A DNA stretch of 64,000 nt, taken from positions 45,384,001-45,448,000 of the forward strand of contig CM060731.1 of the NCBI GenBank assembly GCA_030704615.1, read 5' to 3'. The stretch's first letter is position 1. The number at the start of each line of letters is the position of its first letter. This document shows positions 12,130 to 24,110 of this stretch, piece after piece. Under the pieces are notes generated by a model, which ran no database searches, was not told the DNA's origin, and saw nothing but the letters and a program-made list of their open reading frames with translations. The stretch comes from Takakia lepidozioides (lineage: Eukaryota > Plantae > Bryophyta). The position numbers and the translations under genes were made by a program.

Positions 12130-12560
12130 CCCAGCCTGAAACAGAGATAAATCCACGGATAAAAGCAATCAGGACCATTTTGCACCTGTTGAGAGAAATG
12201 AGAAACATTGTAATAGAATACTGATCGACAAACAGAGGTGCAGGGACTGTGTTCTTGATGGTCCTGAAGGGCACGGGCACTCTGTGATTTGTATACCCCT
12301 GACATTGTAACAAATAATGGATATTGTCTTCAGGCCGCCTGCACACCGGGCATTGACAATCTCCCTTTCCTCTCTGCATCCGATTATTGTTCAAAAGTAG
12401 ACTCCCCACTCTGAGTTGAAATTTCAGTAGTGCCAAGGCGGCCCTTCACTCACCCATGTCACAAACTGGAAATGAGTTCACGGTTTTATGCCTAACTTTT
12501 GTTCGGACATTCTGCATGCTTCCAACATGGCCTTAGACACCTCAGCTGCCAAGTCAGCTT
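12130..12560 (-). mobile_element. 3'-terminal LINE fragment (C-terminal zinc knuckle)
   Basis: ALLKFQLRVGSLLLN...CPVCRRPEDNIHYLLQCQGY resembles the CCHC end of RTE/CR1-like ORF2. It abuts the truncated DYW of the neighbouring PPR gene. Confidence 0.6.
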
Positions 12561-12569
12561 CATCTTAGA

Positions 12570-14030
12570 AGGGTTAGTGAAGCCTTTTGCTCTTCCTCCA
12601 TGGCATTCAATACAAATGGCGTGTCAGGCATATAACCTACCTTCTTCATATGCCCAGACAACCTTTCCAGCTCAGAATGGATTTCCTTAATTTGTGAATG
12701 CGAATTTCTTTGGAACAAATAAATGCACCTGGTTGTTGACTTCAATGGTGCTGAGCCCTGGCTCCTTTTTGACACCTCTGTCCTCCATCAATTTTCTCAC
12801 CTTTGCTTTCTCATCCCACTTTCCAGCCGCAGCATAGATGTTTGATAGTAGCACATAAGCTCCAGTGTGCTGTGGATCACTTTTGATAATGCTATTTGCC
12901 ACACGTTCTGCTATGTCAATGTCACCATGAATTCTGCAGGCACCTAGCAAGGCTCTCCACACCTCAGCATCTGGTCTGACTGGCATTTCTTTGATCAAGC
13001 CCTCTGCCTCATCCGGTCCCCCTGCACCGCCAAGGAGATCCACCATGCAGCCAAAATGATCCATTGTAGGAGTGAGGCCATAATCTCGACTCATGGAATC
13101 AAAATAGTGACGGCCTTCATCCACCAGGCCCACATGGCTACATGCAGGGAGAAGGGATATGAAAGTGATACCATCCGGCTTCAAGCCTTCCTATTGCATT
13201 TTGTGTGAATAATTGTAGGGCCTCCCTACCACACCCATGCTGAGCATACCCTCCAATCATCACACCCCATGAGACAACATTTTGATCAGCCATATTGTTG
13301 AACACTTTGCACGCATCCTTCATTCTCCCGCATTGGGAATACATATCAGCAAGGTCAGTCTCCAGAATGATATCTGGTGTAATTCCAGCTTTTATCATGT
13401 CAGCATGGATCTCTTTCCCCTTTTCCAGGGCTCCTATGCTTGCAAACCCATTAAGAACACCAAGGATGGTGACCTTGTTGGGCATCACTCCCTCCGATTG
13501 CATCCTTCATACTCCCACATTTGGCATACATGTCAACTAGAGTAGTCTCCAAAATGATATCTGGGGCAATCCCAGCTTGGGTGATGTCAGCATGGACCTC
13601 TTTGCCCTTTTCCAGGGCTACTTGGCTGGCACATGCATTGAGAATACAAATGATCGTGACCCTGTTGGGTGTCATCCTGTCTAATTGCAAATCTCCCAAG
13701 CTTCCATTCCACACCCATGCTTAGCATATCCTGTGATGATTATAGTCCAGGTAAACATATCCTGTTCAGGCATTTGTCAAACACTTGGCGTGCATCAACC
13801 AAGCTCCCACACTTGGCATACATGTTGACAAGGGTGTTGAGCAGGAAGATGTTTGGCTTGAATCCGCTTTGGATAATGTGGGTATGCACTTGCTTTCCCT
13901 CTGCCAGGTTTTTCATTTTGACACAATCTGGCAACAAGCACATATAAGTACTGCAGTCTGCCAAAATGCCGTGCTCATTTAAAATGTGCAGCGCCCCTTG
14001 TGGTCTGCCCGTTTTCCATAGTGCCCTCAC
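12570..14030 (-). pseudogene. PLS-E-DYW PPR pseudogene
   Basis: PLS repeats with internal deletions and frameshifts. Intact L2-S2-E1-E2 and PG box (KKEPGLSTIEVNNQVH). The DYW start (KVGYMPDTPFVL..EEEQK) is cut off before HxE. Confidence 0.9.
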
Positions 14031-14522
14031 ATCCCCACAATTGACACAAGAGGTTGGTGGTGTGCTGATGGTGGAGGCAGTTCCCCTATTGCAAATCTGA
14101 TGTTAAACAAACAAATTTGCCTGATTCAGGCCTGCCATCCTGCATGACTCTAAATTCTTAGTACAAACCTTCCCATACAAAATTTCAAAGAAATCTCTCC
14201 ATGACAACAGGCTTCGCGCTATCAATTTATCAGAGGGAGGCTCTTCCGCTTCCAACAAGCCAGCAAGCATAGGATGCCAATATTTGCAACCAAAGCTGCA
14301 ACAACAGCCGCACCAGCACCCAAAATCTTCGCAGGAACTATGATGATGGGAATCTCTCCTTCTTGCCTCTGTCACATACACTCACCCCTCTCAACATCAG
14401 TGGTATCTCAGTCCATTCGCATCTACAAAGCAATGCCAAGGAGCTCAACAAATATAAGAGTTTCACTCGAGTCTTTGAAAATCGCCGTCTCTGCGAACTT
14501 CCGTTACAACCGACACACAGAA

Positions 14523-14769
14523 ATGACGACGACGACGTGGCTGACGACGATGACGTGGTAACGATGACGTGGCAATATGGCACCCTATATCTGCTCTGCG
14601 CTAAACTAGCTCTCGACCTTCTTTCGTCGCTAGAATTCGGCACCAATCCCCACCCAATATTTGATCGAATATTCTAGTGACGACTTGGTGATTGGAGACT
14701 AGTTTTAGTGTAGAGCAGGAATAGGGTGCCATAGTGCCATGTCATCATTGTCAGCCACGTCGTTGTCAT
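14523..14769. repeat. Long imperfect inverted repeat (~100-115 bp arms, ~35 bp loop)
   Basis: 14523-14636 matches the reverse complement of 14671-14769 (e.g. GACGTGGCTGAC and TATGGCACCCTAT vs ATAGGGTGCCATA and GTCAGCCACGTC). Confidence 0.85.
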
Positions 14770-16137
14770 AATTGTCTTAATCTGCCCAAAAAACGAACTG
14801 GTTTTTGAAAATTGTTATGGTCACCAGTTGTGACTGCCACACAGCCACCAAGTTGACTTCAAGATGAGATTTGCTCTTGTGGGGGTTGTTGGTGAAAGAA
14901 GCGTCATGCATGAAAGGTGCTTTGCTGCAAACTAGAGGGAAGAAAGCTCATACGATTCACTATGTTTGTAAGCAAAGAGTAAGAAACATGTGTTTCTCAC
15001 TGCATGCACCAGTCTGTACTGTATGAACTGCCCATGGTGGTGAGTATACCTGAGGGCAGCAGCAAGTCGTGGAAAACCTGAAGACATGAAGGCAATCCTG
15101 GAATGGGTGGATTGGAAGCTTCCACCACAAAGGGTTGAACAACAGGGTGCTCAAGACTTAAGAAGGCTAGGTGAGGACGATTTTCTTTGGATTGACTGCG
15201 GAGGGCCTGGGGTACATGCTGAGGCAGGAGGCTTCATGTTGATTATTTCTAATTTCATCCTCTAGTTTTTCGCCTGAGAGAAAGGAGTGGAGGGTTATGT
15301 AGTTGTAACCATGTCGAAGAACCCATAGCCCACCTAGAGCACGCACTTCAGAGTCAGTCTAAGTGAGCATTTTCAGATAAGAATGAAGAGCACACTGTAT
15401 TAATGATAAAGTGGGGCTCAATTATGTAGGCTGTGATAAAATTTTAAGAAGAGGGCTTCTCTTTGAGATTCTATGCACTGGATTGTATCTCAGGTTGCTT
15501 GTATTGCAAAGAATTGTCAATTCAAAGAGGAAAGAGCAGTTCTTAGCGTTGCAATCTGTAGCTACTCTTCCTTGTTAGAAGGGTATGAATTAGGTTGTTT
15601 TCAGGGTTGTTCCCTGATTTCTGAAGATGCTTGGAAATTTGGGACGGTAGCGGGGTCTGTGTGATTGAAGCTATGCTTGCTCAGTTGCCCACTGCTGGTT
15701 TTCACAGAGAAGTCCAAGATCACCAGCTGTCAGACATAAGACTACTAAGGAGGTGCTTTGGACTGAGGGCTGGTTGAACCCTCCTTGGATGAAAGCAGAG
15801 CTAGCTGCCATGATAGAAGGTCCAGCACAACATATTGATGGTTCTGATGCTGATGGACACCACATCGCAACTGGTCAAATATACATCAGGTAATGGTTTG
15901 ATGATGATTTCATGGTTAAGGAGATAGAATTGGTAGTTTATTGTCAAAAGTACATGACAGCAGTTGTTTGTAACCCTGTTGATTTGCAGCAAGGGGCCTG
16001 AAGAGATCTTTCTCTGAAATTTCTAGCAGTTTTTCTCTGAGTTGGATTGAAAAGGTTGTGCATAAGGGATTTGAGTCTGCAGACAGGATTGAATCAGACA
16101 CAGTTGTTTGTTGGACAGCAGATTTGCGGCAGGGGAT

Positions 16138-18075
16138 ATGCCTCCACCATCTCCACTGCTTTTGACAGAGGACCAACTGAGGGGTTCAACAAGGACAGTG
16201 GCAGCTGTGGGGAATGTAAGGAACAGAGGACAACAAGGCAATCATCAAGCAGTCACAGATACTTTTGCCCGTCTCTTGCAGGAGTGTATCAAGAAGAATG
16301 ACATAGCTAAGGGAAAGCAGGTGCACACCCAGATTATCCAAAGTGGATTCGAGCCTAGCGTCTTTTTACTCAACACCCTCGTCAACATGTATGCTAAGTG
16401 CGGGTGTGTGGTGGATGCACACCAAGTGTTTGAGAAAATGCCTAAGCGGAATCTGTTTACATGGACAATAATGATAGCAGGATATGCCAAGCTTGGGTGT
16501 AGTAGGGAGGCTCTTGAGATCTATGAACAAATGCAACGGGGAGGGGTGACCCCTGACAAGGTCACGTTCATATCTGTTGTTAATGCGTGTGCTAGCCTAG
16601 GAGCACTAGAAAAGGGCAGAAAGATCCATGCTGACATTATCAAAGCCAGGATTGGATCATATATAAATTTGGAGAATACCCTTATTGACATGTATTTCAA
16701 GTGCGGAAGCATAAAGGATGCAAGACAAGTGTTCGACTACCTGGTGAAGCGAGATGTGGTCTCATGGAGTGCAATGATCGCAGGATATGCTCGGCATAGG
16801 TGTGGCGAGGAAGCTTTCAAGATCTATGAGCAAATGCAACAGGAAGGGGTGATGCCTGACAGGGTCACATTCATTTGTGTTCTCAATGTGTGTGCCAGCC
16901 TAAAAGCTTTGGAAAAGGGCAAGGAGGTCCACTGTGACATGATCAAAGCTGGAATTACATCATATATAAATTTGGAGAACACCCTTGTTGACATGTATGC
17001 TAAATGTGGAAGTGTAAGGGATGCGCGTCAAGTATTCGACAAAATGGTCCAACGAGATGTGGTCTCGTGGAATGCCATGATCATAGGATATGCCCAGCAT
17101 GGGTATAGTAGGGAAGCTTTTCTGATCTATAAGCAAATGATACAGGAAGCGGTGATACCCAACAAGGTCACATTCATTTGCATTCTCAATGCGTTTGCCA
17201 GCCTAGGGGCCCTGAAAAATGGCATCGAGGTTCATGAGGAAATCAGGAAAGCAGGAATTGTGCCAGATATCATTCTTGAGACAGCCCTTGTGGGTATGTA
17301 TGCCAAATGCGGGAGTGTACAGGATGCACGTCAAGTGTTCGACAATATGGCTAAACGAAATGTCGTCTCGTGGAATGCCATGATTGCAGGATATGCCGAG
17401 CATGGGCGTGGCAGGGAAGCTTTCAAGATCTATGAACAAATGCTACAGGAAGGGGTGATGCCCGACAAGGTCACGTTCATCGGTATTCTAAATGCGTGTG
17501 CCAGCTTGGCAGTCTTGGAAAAGGGCAAAGAACTACACGCCGACATCAGTAAGAGTAGAATTGCCCCTGATATTATTTTGCAGAATACCCTTGTTGACAT
17601 GTATGCCAACTGTGGGAGCATAAAGGATGCGCATCAAGTGTTTGACAATATGGCTGAACGAAATGTGGTCTCATGGAATGTGATGATTGCAGGATATGCT
17701 CAGCATGGATGTGGAAGGGAGGCCCTCCAGCTATTTGAACGTATGCAACAGGAAGGCTTGAAGCCGGATGAAATCACCTTTATATGTCTCCTCTCTGCAT
17801 GTAGCCATGTGGGTCTAGTGGATGAAGGTCGTCATTACTTTGATTGCATGAGCCACGATCATGGCCTCACTCCTATGGTGGAGCATTTCAGCTGTGTGGT
17901 GGACCTTCTTGGCCGTGGAGGGCGATTGGATGAAGCAGAGGATTTCATTAACAAAATGCCAATGGAACCAGATGCTTCGGTGTGGGGAGCCTTGGTTGGT
18001 GCCTGCAGGATTCATGGCAATGTGGAACTAGCAGAACGTGCATCAAAATGTCTTCTCCAATGGGATCCACTGTAG
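16138..18075 (+). CDS. PLS-class PPR protein, 17 motifs + E1, premature stop before E2/DYW
   Basis: Uninterrupted ORF of regular L-S-P triplets ending P2-L2-S2-E1. First in-frame ATG at 16138 (the track starts at TTG 16108). Decayed E2/E+ homology continues after TAG 18073-18075. Confidence 0.85.
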   Translation: MPPPSPLLLTEDQLRGSTRTVAAVGNVRNRGQQGNHQAVTDTFARLLQECIKKNDIAKGKQVHTQIIQSGFEPSVFLLNTLVNMYAKCGCVVDAHQVFEKMPKRNLFTWTIMIAGYAKLGCSREALEIYEQMQRGGVTPDKVTFISVVNACASLGALEKGRKIHADIIKARIGSYINLENTLIDMYFKCGSIKDARQVFDYLVKRDVVSWSAMIAGYARHRCGEEAFKIYEQMQQEGVMPDRVTFICVLNVCASLKALEKGKEVHCDMIKAGITSYINLENTLVDMYAKCGSVRDARQVFDKMVQRDVVSWNAMIIGYAQHGYSREAFLIYKQMIQEAVIPNKVTFICILNAFASLGALKNGIEVHEEIRKAGIVPDIILETALVGMYAKCGSVQDARQVFDNMAKRNVVSWNAMIAGYAEHGRGREAFKIYEQMLQEGVMPDKVTFIGILNACASLAVLEKGKELHADISKSRIAPDIILQNTLVDMYANCGSIKDAHQVFDNMAERNVVSWNVMIAGYAQHGCGREALQLFERMQQEGLKPDEITFICLLSACSHVGLVDEGRHYFDCMSHDHGLTPMVEHFSCVVDLLGRGGRLDEAEDFINKMPMEPDASVWGALVGACRIHGNVELAERASKCLLQWDPL

Positions 18076-18339
18076 TCTGCAACTTGTGTGCTGCTATTGA
18101 ATTTTTCTGCTGCACGTGGTTGGTGGGATGGTAAAGAAAATGTGAGAAAAATGGAGGACATTGGTGTCAGAAGAAGCCAGTGTACCACTGCATTAAGTTT
18201 GACAACCAGGTTGTTGATGACACATTACATCCACCAAGTGGGGAGATTCATAATGAGGTGAGCAGATTTGGGGAGATGAAGGATGGTCTGCCAAGACACT
18301 GTAAGGGCATAAATGGAATTTCTTCTTAGCCAGCACAGG

Positions 18340-18650
18340 TAGAAGCGGGCATTATAAGAAGCTTTGGAGACCTACGAGCAAATGATGTGGGAAGGGGTGA
18401 AACCAGACGGGGTCACGTTCATTTGTGTTTGTAATGCATGTGCAAGCCTGGCAGCCCTGGAAAAGGGCAAAGAGGTCCATGGTGACATCATCAAAGCTGG
18501 AATTGTTCCAGATGTCATTCTGAACACTACCTTGGTGGACATGTATGCAAAAGGCGGTCAAAGATGCGAAGGCAGTGTTCAACAATATGGCTGAACGAAA
18601 TGTGGTATTGTGGAACTCGATGATCGCAGGATATGCCCAGCATGGGTGCG
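18340..18650 (+). pseudogene. PPR fragment (about one P-L-S triplet)
   Basis: YEQMMWEGVKPDGVTFICVCNACASLAALEKGKEVHGDIIKAG..TTLVDMYAK, then a frameshift. Confidence 0.8.
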
Positions 18651-19026
18651 TTTCATTTGCTTCACATTCTGAGTAGCAGCTTTTGTATTGCACATCTGCC
18701 TAAACAACACCATCAGATTGGAGGAAGCTGCCTATGGTAGTACCATTGTGATAAGTAGGGTTGGGGTGTCTGCTAGAAAAACATTAGGTTGTCAATGTTG
18801 GCGGCTTGCAGCAAGGGGAGGATCTATGCATTATTGGTGCCGAGGCCGGGATGGCTGAAGGAGCAGGATGGAGTGTGGGTCCAGATTCATCCGAGAGGGT
18901 CAGATTTCAAGTACAAGATTACTTCTGAGTCTCTGTGGATTGATAGCTATAAGAAACCTGCATGGGTACATGTTCAACTGGAAGCAGCGGCAGCTGCACA
19001 GTGGATAGAATCAGGCACCTCCACTA

Positions 19027-19584
19027 TGACCACAGCTTCCAAAAGAGGACCAAGAGAGGGAATCCATAATACCTCTTCTCGACATATCAGGACACTATGT
19101 GAGGCAGGGCACCTCAAGGAGGCTCTACAGATTTTGAACCAAGGAGGTATTTCAGATACTTACGTCTGTCTCTTGCATATGTGCATCAAGATGAAAGGCC
19201 TGCAAGCCGGAAAGCAGGTGCTCGCTCACATACAAAGTGCATCCCAAAATTGAGGAAATCCATGCTGAGCTGAGAAGATTGTCTGGGCAGATGAAGGAGG
19301 GAGGGTATGTGCCTGACACGCGCTTTGTATTACATGATGTCGGGGAGGAGCAAAAGGAATTTTCTCTTTGCCTCCACAGTGAGAAGCTGGCCATTGGTTT
19401 TGGGCTGATTAGCACAGCCCCTGGTACGCCTCTGCGTGTCATCAAGAATCTTCGGGTGTGTGGTGATTGCCACACCGCCACCAAGTTCATCTCAAAGATA
19501 GTTGGTCGAGCAATTGTGGTACGGGATGCTAACCGCTTTCACCACTTTGAAGGTGCGGTTTGTTCTTGTGGGGATTACTGGTGA
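19027..19584 (+). pseudogene. Internally deleted PPR-DYW gene: PPR N-terminus joined out of frame to a DYW deaminase domain lacking its PG box
   Basis: [25 protein letters not shown] joins at ~19237 to [35 protein letters not shown]. Zinc ligands are intact; PG box and PPR array are absent. Confidence 0.85.
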
Positions 19585-20585
19585 AAACATTTTTTCCCTG
19601 GAAAAGGGGCAAGTGTCTTGCTTCATTCATGATCTGCACAGCTATCTCGTACATCCACTATCGATCCTGAGAATATAGGCTCTGTTGTACTGTTTGAGAC
19701 ATTTCCTCCTGCAACCTTTCAAAGAGCCCATAGTGCCCTGCAGGCCCCAATTGCGGTTTCTGCCCAGCTCCCACCTTCTGCAAAAAGCTTTGAATTTGGA
19801 TCGCCAAAATGGTCCAAGTACCACCAGGAGACTCTGCTCTTAGATCTGGGAGCATTTGAACAGACCTGGGAAGACAGTAGAACCCATACTGTCAAACACT
19901 GCAAATTTTCACCACTGTCGGATGCAACAAAGTCCAACACTGCACATCCCACACCTTCAATGCATCCAAGCCAGAGGTTTCTTCTTTGCTTTACTTGTTT
20001 GCCAGACTAAACTGGCTAGTACATCCTCCCACCAAAATCCACAAGGTTCAGCAGAAACCACCTGGTTGGATTACATGCATGGAGGTATACTGAAGTTCAG
20101 CAGGTCCATCATCCATACTTTCAACACTTCAGCAAAAATTTCTGAGTTATTACCTTCATCAAAGTAGAACGTACAGGCTGGGGAATGCGTTTGGAGGTAA
20201 TACTTTTTGTCCCAAGTTTGATAAGATCTCCAATGTATTGCTGTTCACATCATTTGTAAAACTTGCCCCTCATGTATCAATCAGACACCCTTACACCGCA
20301 ATGTGGAAGCTTGTTTAGGCATGCAATTCATTAAGGATACACCAGCTCTTTTGTAGTGCACATTCAATGACATGAATTTTGTGTGAAGTTATGCCACCCA
20401 ACCTCCTGAATCAACTGGCAAGTATAGTTGCCTACCTTGCAAATTTGCAATCTGTAGGAGAGCATGCTGTGAATGCTCTCCTAGAGATTTGACTATACTG
20501 TTACAAGGAACAGATAAGGTATGATCTTTTTGCTACTTCTTGAAAAAGCTGCTTTGGTGAATCTGTCACTCTCTATGATGCTCTC

Positions 20586-20687
20586 CTACTACTGGAGTGA
20601 GCCCCTCACAAAGGTGTCTGTTCCCTCTAGTTCCGCCCAAACTATGACCACAAGCTATAACAAACAACTTCTTATGAGTGCATTCTA
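20586..20687. repeat. Dispersed repeat, also present as several copies in a VAC14 intron
   Basis: CTACTACTGG..AGCCCCT.ACAAA..TCTGT.CCCT..CCACAAG..CTTATGAGT matches 45529-45640 and 46129-46255. Confidence 0.8.
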
Positions 20688-20744
20688 TGAGACTGTCCTT
20701 ATAGGGTCTAAGACCCAAGAATTCCAAATGGATTGCATTAGAGA

Positions 20745-20850
20745 GGGTTGCAAGGTAGCACTTTCCAAGGTGTAAGGAATGGTGTCACAAAGCAAATTGC
20801 ATCCAAACATGCTCCCTTCTATATGGGGGTGCATTGCATGGCACTTTTGG
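20745..20850 (+). mobile_element. Short hAT-like transposase fragment
   Basis: STFQGVRNGVTKQIASKHAPFYMGVHCMA resembles the hAT/ZNF862-type segment that ends in VHCxAH; very short. Confidence 0.5.
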
Positions 20851-21109
20851 AAAAGTCCATATGTAGCCATAGGCTTGCTCCAAATGCTCCAAATCCCATG
20901 AAGTTTATTGGAGCAGGTCCGCCACCTCATGGGCTATAAATGACCTTAAAAAGAATGAGTGAAAATTAATGTCATCTGCAAAAGTGAGTAGGGTGGGGGT
21001 CAGAAAAATGTTGGACCGCAAAGTTGAATATGTATGTAGCTTCCCCTGATTGGCCGCACCGTAAGTTCACTTGACCTCCTGTATTTCATTTTGGACGGAT
21101 AGATTCTGT

Positions 21110-22740
21110 TTTGTTTTGTTTTTTCTCTTAAGACAGAGGCCCTTTTAATCAAATTAATTAAAAAAGATGTCACGAAGGTGGAAAAAATAACCACCTAGTA
21201 AGGCCACTGAGGGGGAACTTCCCCCAGACCCTAGCCAACCTGCTAACAAAAGATTATGGGGAGAGAGAAGAAGGGGTTGCCAAAAATAGAGGGGAGGTGT
21301 AAAAGGGATGTTTGCTGCTATGGTAGAGGCGTTCTAGAAATGGTACTAGGCATGTAAGTAGCGGGTAAGAGTCAGGCAGTTCTTGAAAATACAATGAGAA
21401 ACTGTAAACATATGACAGTCCTGAGATTAACTGTTGGAGCTGGCCGAAGCTTTGGAGCAGTACTGGAGCCGGGGAGCTAAGGTAATCCAGCCAACAAGAG
21501 CTACAGGTATCAGAACTTGAGTTGAGTTCTAAATTCTGGGGCCTGAGTTTTCTTGTGGCGCCAATTGAAATCTGGTTCCACCCCATCACCAGGGGACTTC
21601 CCATTGAGGGGGCGTGGGGGGGGGGGGGGGGGTGGATTGTTGCAAGGCAAAGTGCATGTTGGGAAGACAGGAGCCGAGTAAGTCGCCTTTGCCCAAGGAC
21701 TGAAGGAAATCTTGAAGCAACTTCCTCCCTCGTTGCTCCGAAGTTATGGGAATAGCTGCATAAACAGTGGCCCACGCTTTCCTCCCCTAAGTTAACAGAT
21801 CATGATAAGTCTGGGGGGTTTCCCCTCATAAACCCAAGCACATCTGATTTTCCAAAGGTTCCATAAAGTGTGGGCCCTAAGAGTAGCCCACACTGGGCAG
21901 AGACTCTGGGGATGACCCGATTGGAAGTTTAGAAGTAGCAAGGATGGGGAGGGTGGAGATGGAGGCCCAATGCATGGGAGTAGAATGTGAGAACCACCCG
22001 CCAGACTCTGCTTGACAAATTGCAAAACAACAAGCAATGCTCAATGGTCTCTGGCTCTGCTTGACAGAGGGTGTTGGAAGGTTGCAGTTCCTCGTGCGTC
22101 TGTTGTCTGACAAGAAGTATTTTATGTGTCAGCTTCCAGAGGAAGCCAGACAGCTTTACCGATCGTCTTTCCTCCATATGTCTTTCCAGATCTTTGTTCC
22201 AGGTGGCTTGGGTAAATTGTAGGTTACCCCATTTAGTAGCCCACCTGTAAGCAAAGGAGCGGGGCGGGTTGATGAGAGAATAACCCTTTTTTACAGCATA
22301 GAAGAAGAAGAGGCTTTTCTTCTTATCCATCCATCTCCATTCCCTTGGGTCGAACTGCAAGTCTTTTAATGGGCACATCAGAAACCAGGAGAGAGATTGG
22401 TGGCGAGCCCATTGAGATTCCATCCTTTGGGGCGGTATTGGATTGGCATTTCCCATGCTGTCAAGCATTCTTATATAGAAGAGGGCATTCCTTTCCACAT
22501 CCACCATATCTGTATATGCCAGATCACCTTCGCTGTCCACTGTAAATCCCAGACCATATGCCATGGTCCCATGTATTTCCATCACCAGGATGACTGACAA
22601 CGTGAGTCCCTCGTGAGTAGGCCATCCAGGGTGGTGTAGTCCATGACTGACTTCCCTCATTCAGTAGGGGTAGCATATATTGCGGGATGTTGGATAAGAT
22701 TGTGGCCATTTTTCTGATTGTCAAGAGGCTTATGGTAGTG
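21110..22740 (-). mobile_element. L1-type LINE 3' fragment (zf-RVT region and 3' UTR)
   Basis: KLSGFLWKLTHKILLV, LCQAEPETIEHCLLFC..SRVW, LWNLWKIRCAWVYEG. A T-rich run at ~21108-21130 is consistent with an A-rich tail on the minus strand. Confidence 0.8.
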
Positions 22741-23093
22741 TAACTTAATGAGTCCTTTACCAAAGGAATTCGTGCATTTTCAAATAACCAAAAAATAAAT
22801 AAAATGGGATGGCATACTTTGCAGAGAATCTATAATTTTGCAGCTCCCTAGTAGTTTTAATAGTTTGACCCCCTTGCAAACACCTACAAATGACCATTTT
22901 CACCAAAAGGTCGGATTCGTTTGAATTTTGGCATACCAATGCCCACCCTATTGCATGATAAAAGTTTGGCTCATAGGAAAAATAAAAAAACCCTAAATTA
23001 TGCTTGGTCAAACCTGTGAATGTATTGTTTGACAAATATGATTGACACGAGGAATATGCTTTTATTTACGCTAGCTTCGGCTGACGTCATATA

Positions 23094-24110
23094 TGTTGGA
23101 ATTCAATAGAGAATAGAGATAAAAGATGAACTAATTAATGAGAACTCTCCACCCAACCATAGGACCACAACAAGCTGTGTGTTCACCCTCCGAGCTCTCC
23201 CTATTTATACTGAAAGTCTAGTCCAGGAATAGTTGAGATAACTATAGCATAACTCCATGCTTTTACTTAAGTTATCTCCACCTGCTATTCTGGTACACTG
23301 ACTTGAGTCACTAATAACTGAAGCTAACTTTAGCTATCTTTTAGCTAACTGAGGCTTATCTCTATTGCTAACTGTGACTTGTCAGCACTGCTATTATTGA
23401 AGTCTGACTTGTCATCACAGTAACTCTGAGTAGCAGTAACTTGATAAGGAGTTGATTTCCAACACCCCCACTCAACGAGTTATTAAGTTAAACACTTAAC
23501 TACTCCCATCAAGCCTCGAAAGCGTTCATGCTTTCAGCACTAAGCCCTTTTATCAGTATGTGTGCAACCATATTGTCGGTGTTGCAATATATCAGCTTGA
23601 CAACTCCAGTCTTCTCTCGTACCAGATGATGATGAATCTCAATATGCTTTGTGCTCGTTGGATTCTTCGAGAGAGCAATATTACACCCTTGGTTATCATC
23701 ATATATGACCATGGTATCCCTTTGTGCACGACCAATACTTGAGAGAAATGATGATAATCATAATGCTTGCCAGGTCTGAAACAGATTGAGTAGTACCCTA
23801 CAGACTGTTTGGGAGGTACTTCCCAAGTGCTTGTCTGCATTATTACTTTGCATGGTCAATGTTGTGTAAAAATGAAGCTACATTACAACATATGTCTATT
23901 TCACTTAATGTCTCATTTGAACCTCACGTTCTTGGGCCGGTCCAATGCCAATCAAGTAATACATGTTATTTTCTTTCATGCCATATATTGCATGCAGCAG
24001 TTCTTTTCGTAATTGTACTCGGTGTGTAGTTTCTGCTCGTATTGGTCTTTCCAACGGTAATAGATCCCCGTTGTCATGTCCTCGGGAATAGGGTCTGCTT
24101 CTACTACACT
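23094..24110 (-). mobile_element. Ty1/Copia remnant: degraded pol, PPT and intact 3' LTR (23094-23464)
   Basis: RNase H motifs IYDDNQG..ALSKNP..TKHIEI.HH.VRE..DNMVA.IL.KGL. PPT GAGTGGGGG adjacent to the LTR. The LTR is bounded by TGTTGGA...TCCAACA and has TATAAATAG on the minus strand at ~23201-23209. Confidence 0.88.

Noticed and set aside
19237-19584. U-to-C (DYW:KP/GRP/DRH-type) editing domain
   Set aside because: It has canonical HSEKLA, CGDCH and a terminal DYW, and the sibling locus has a PG box, so it is the ordinary C-to-U type.
19600-20400. Decayed minus-strand gene
   Set aside because: Short open frames without identifiable motifs; cannot be supported without a database search.
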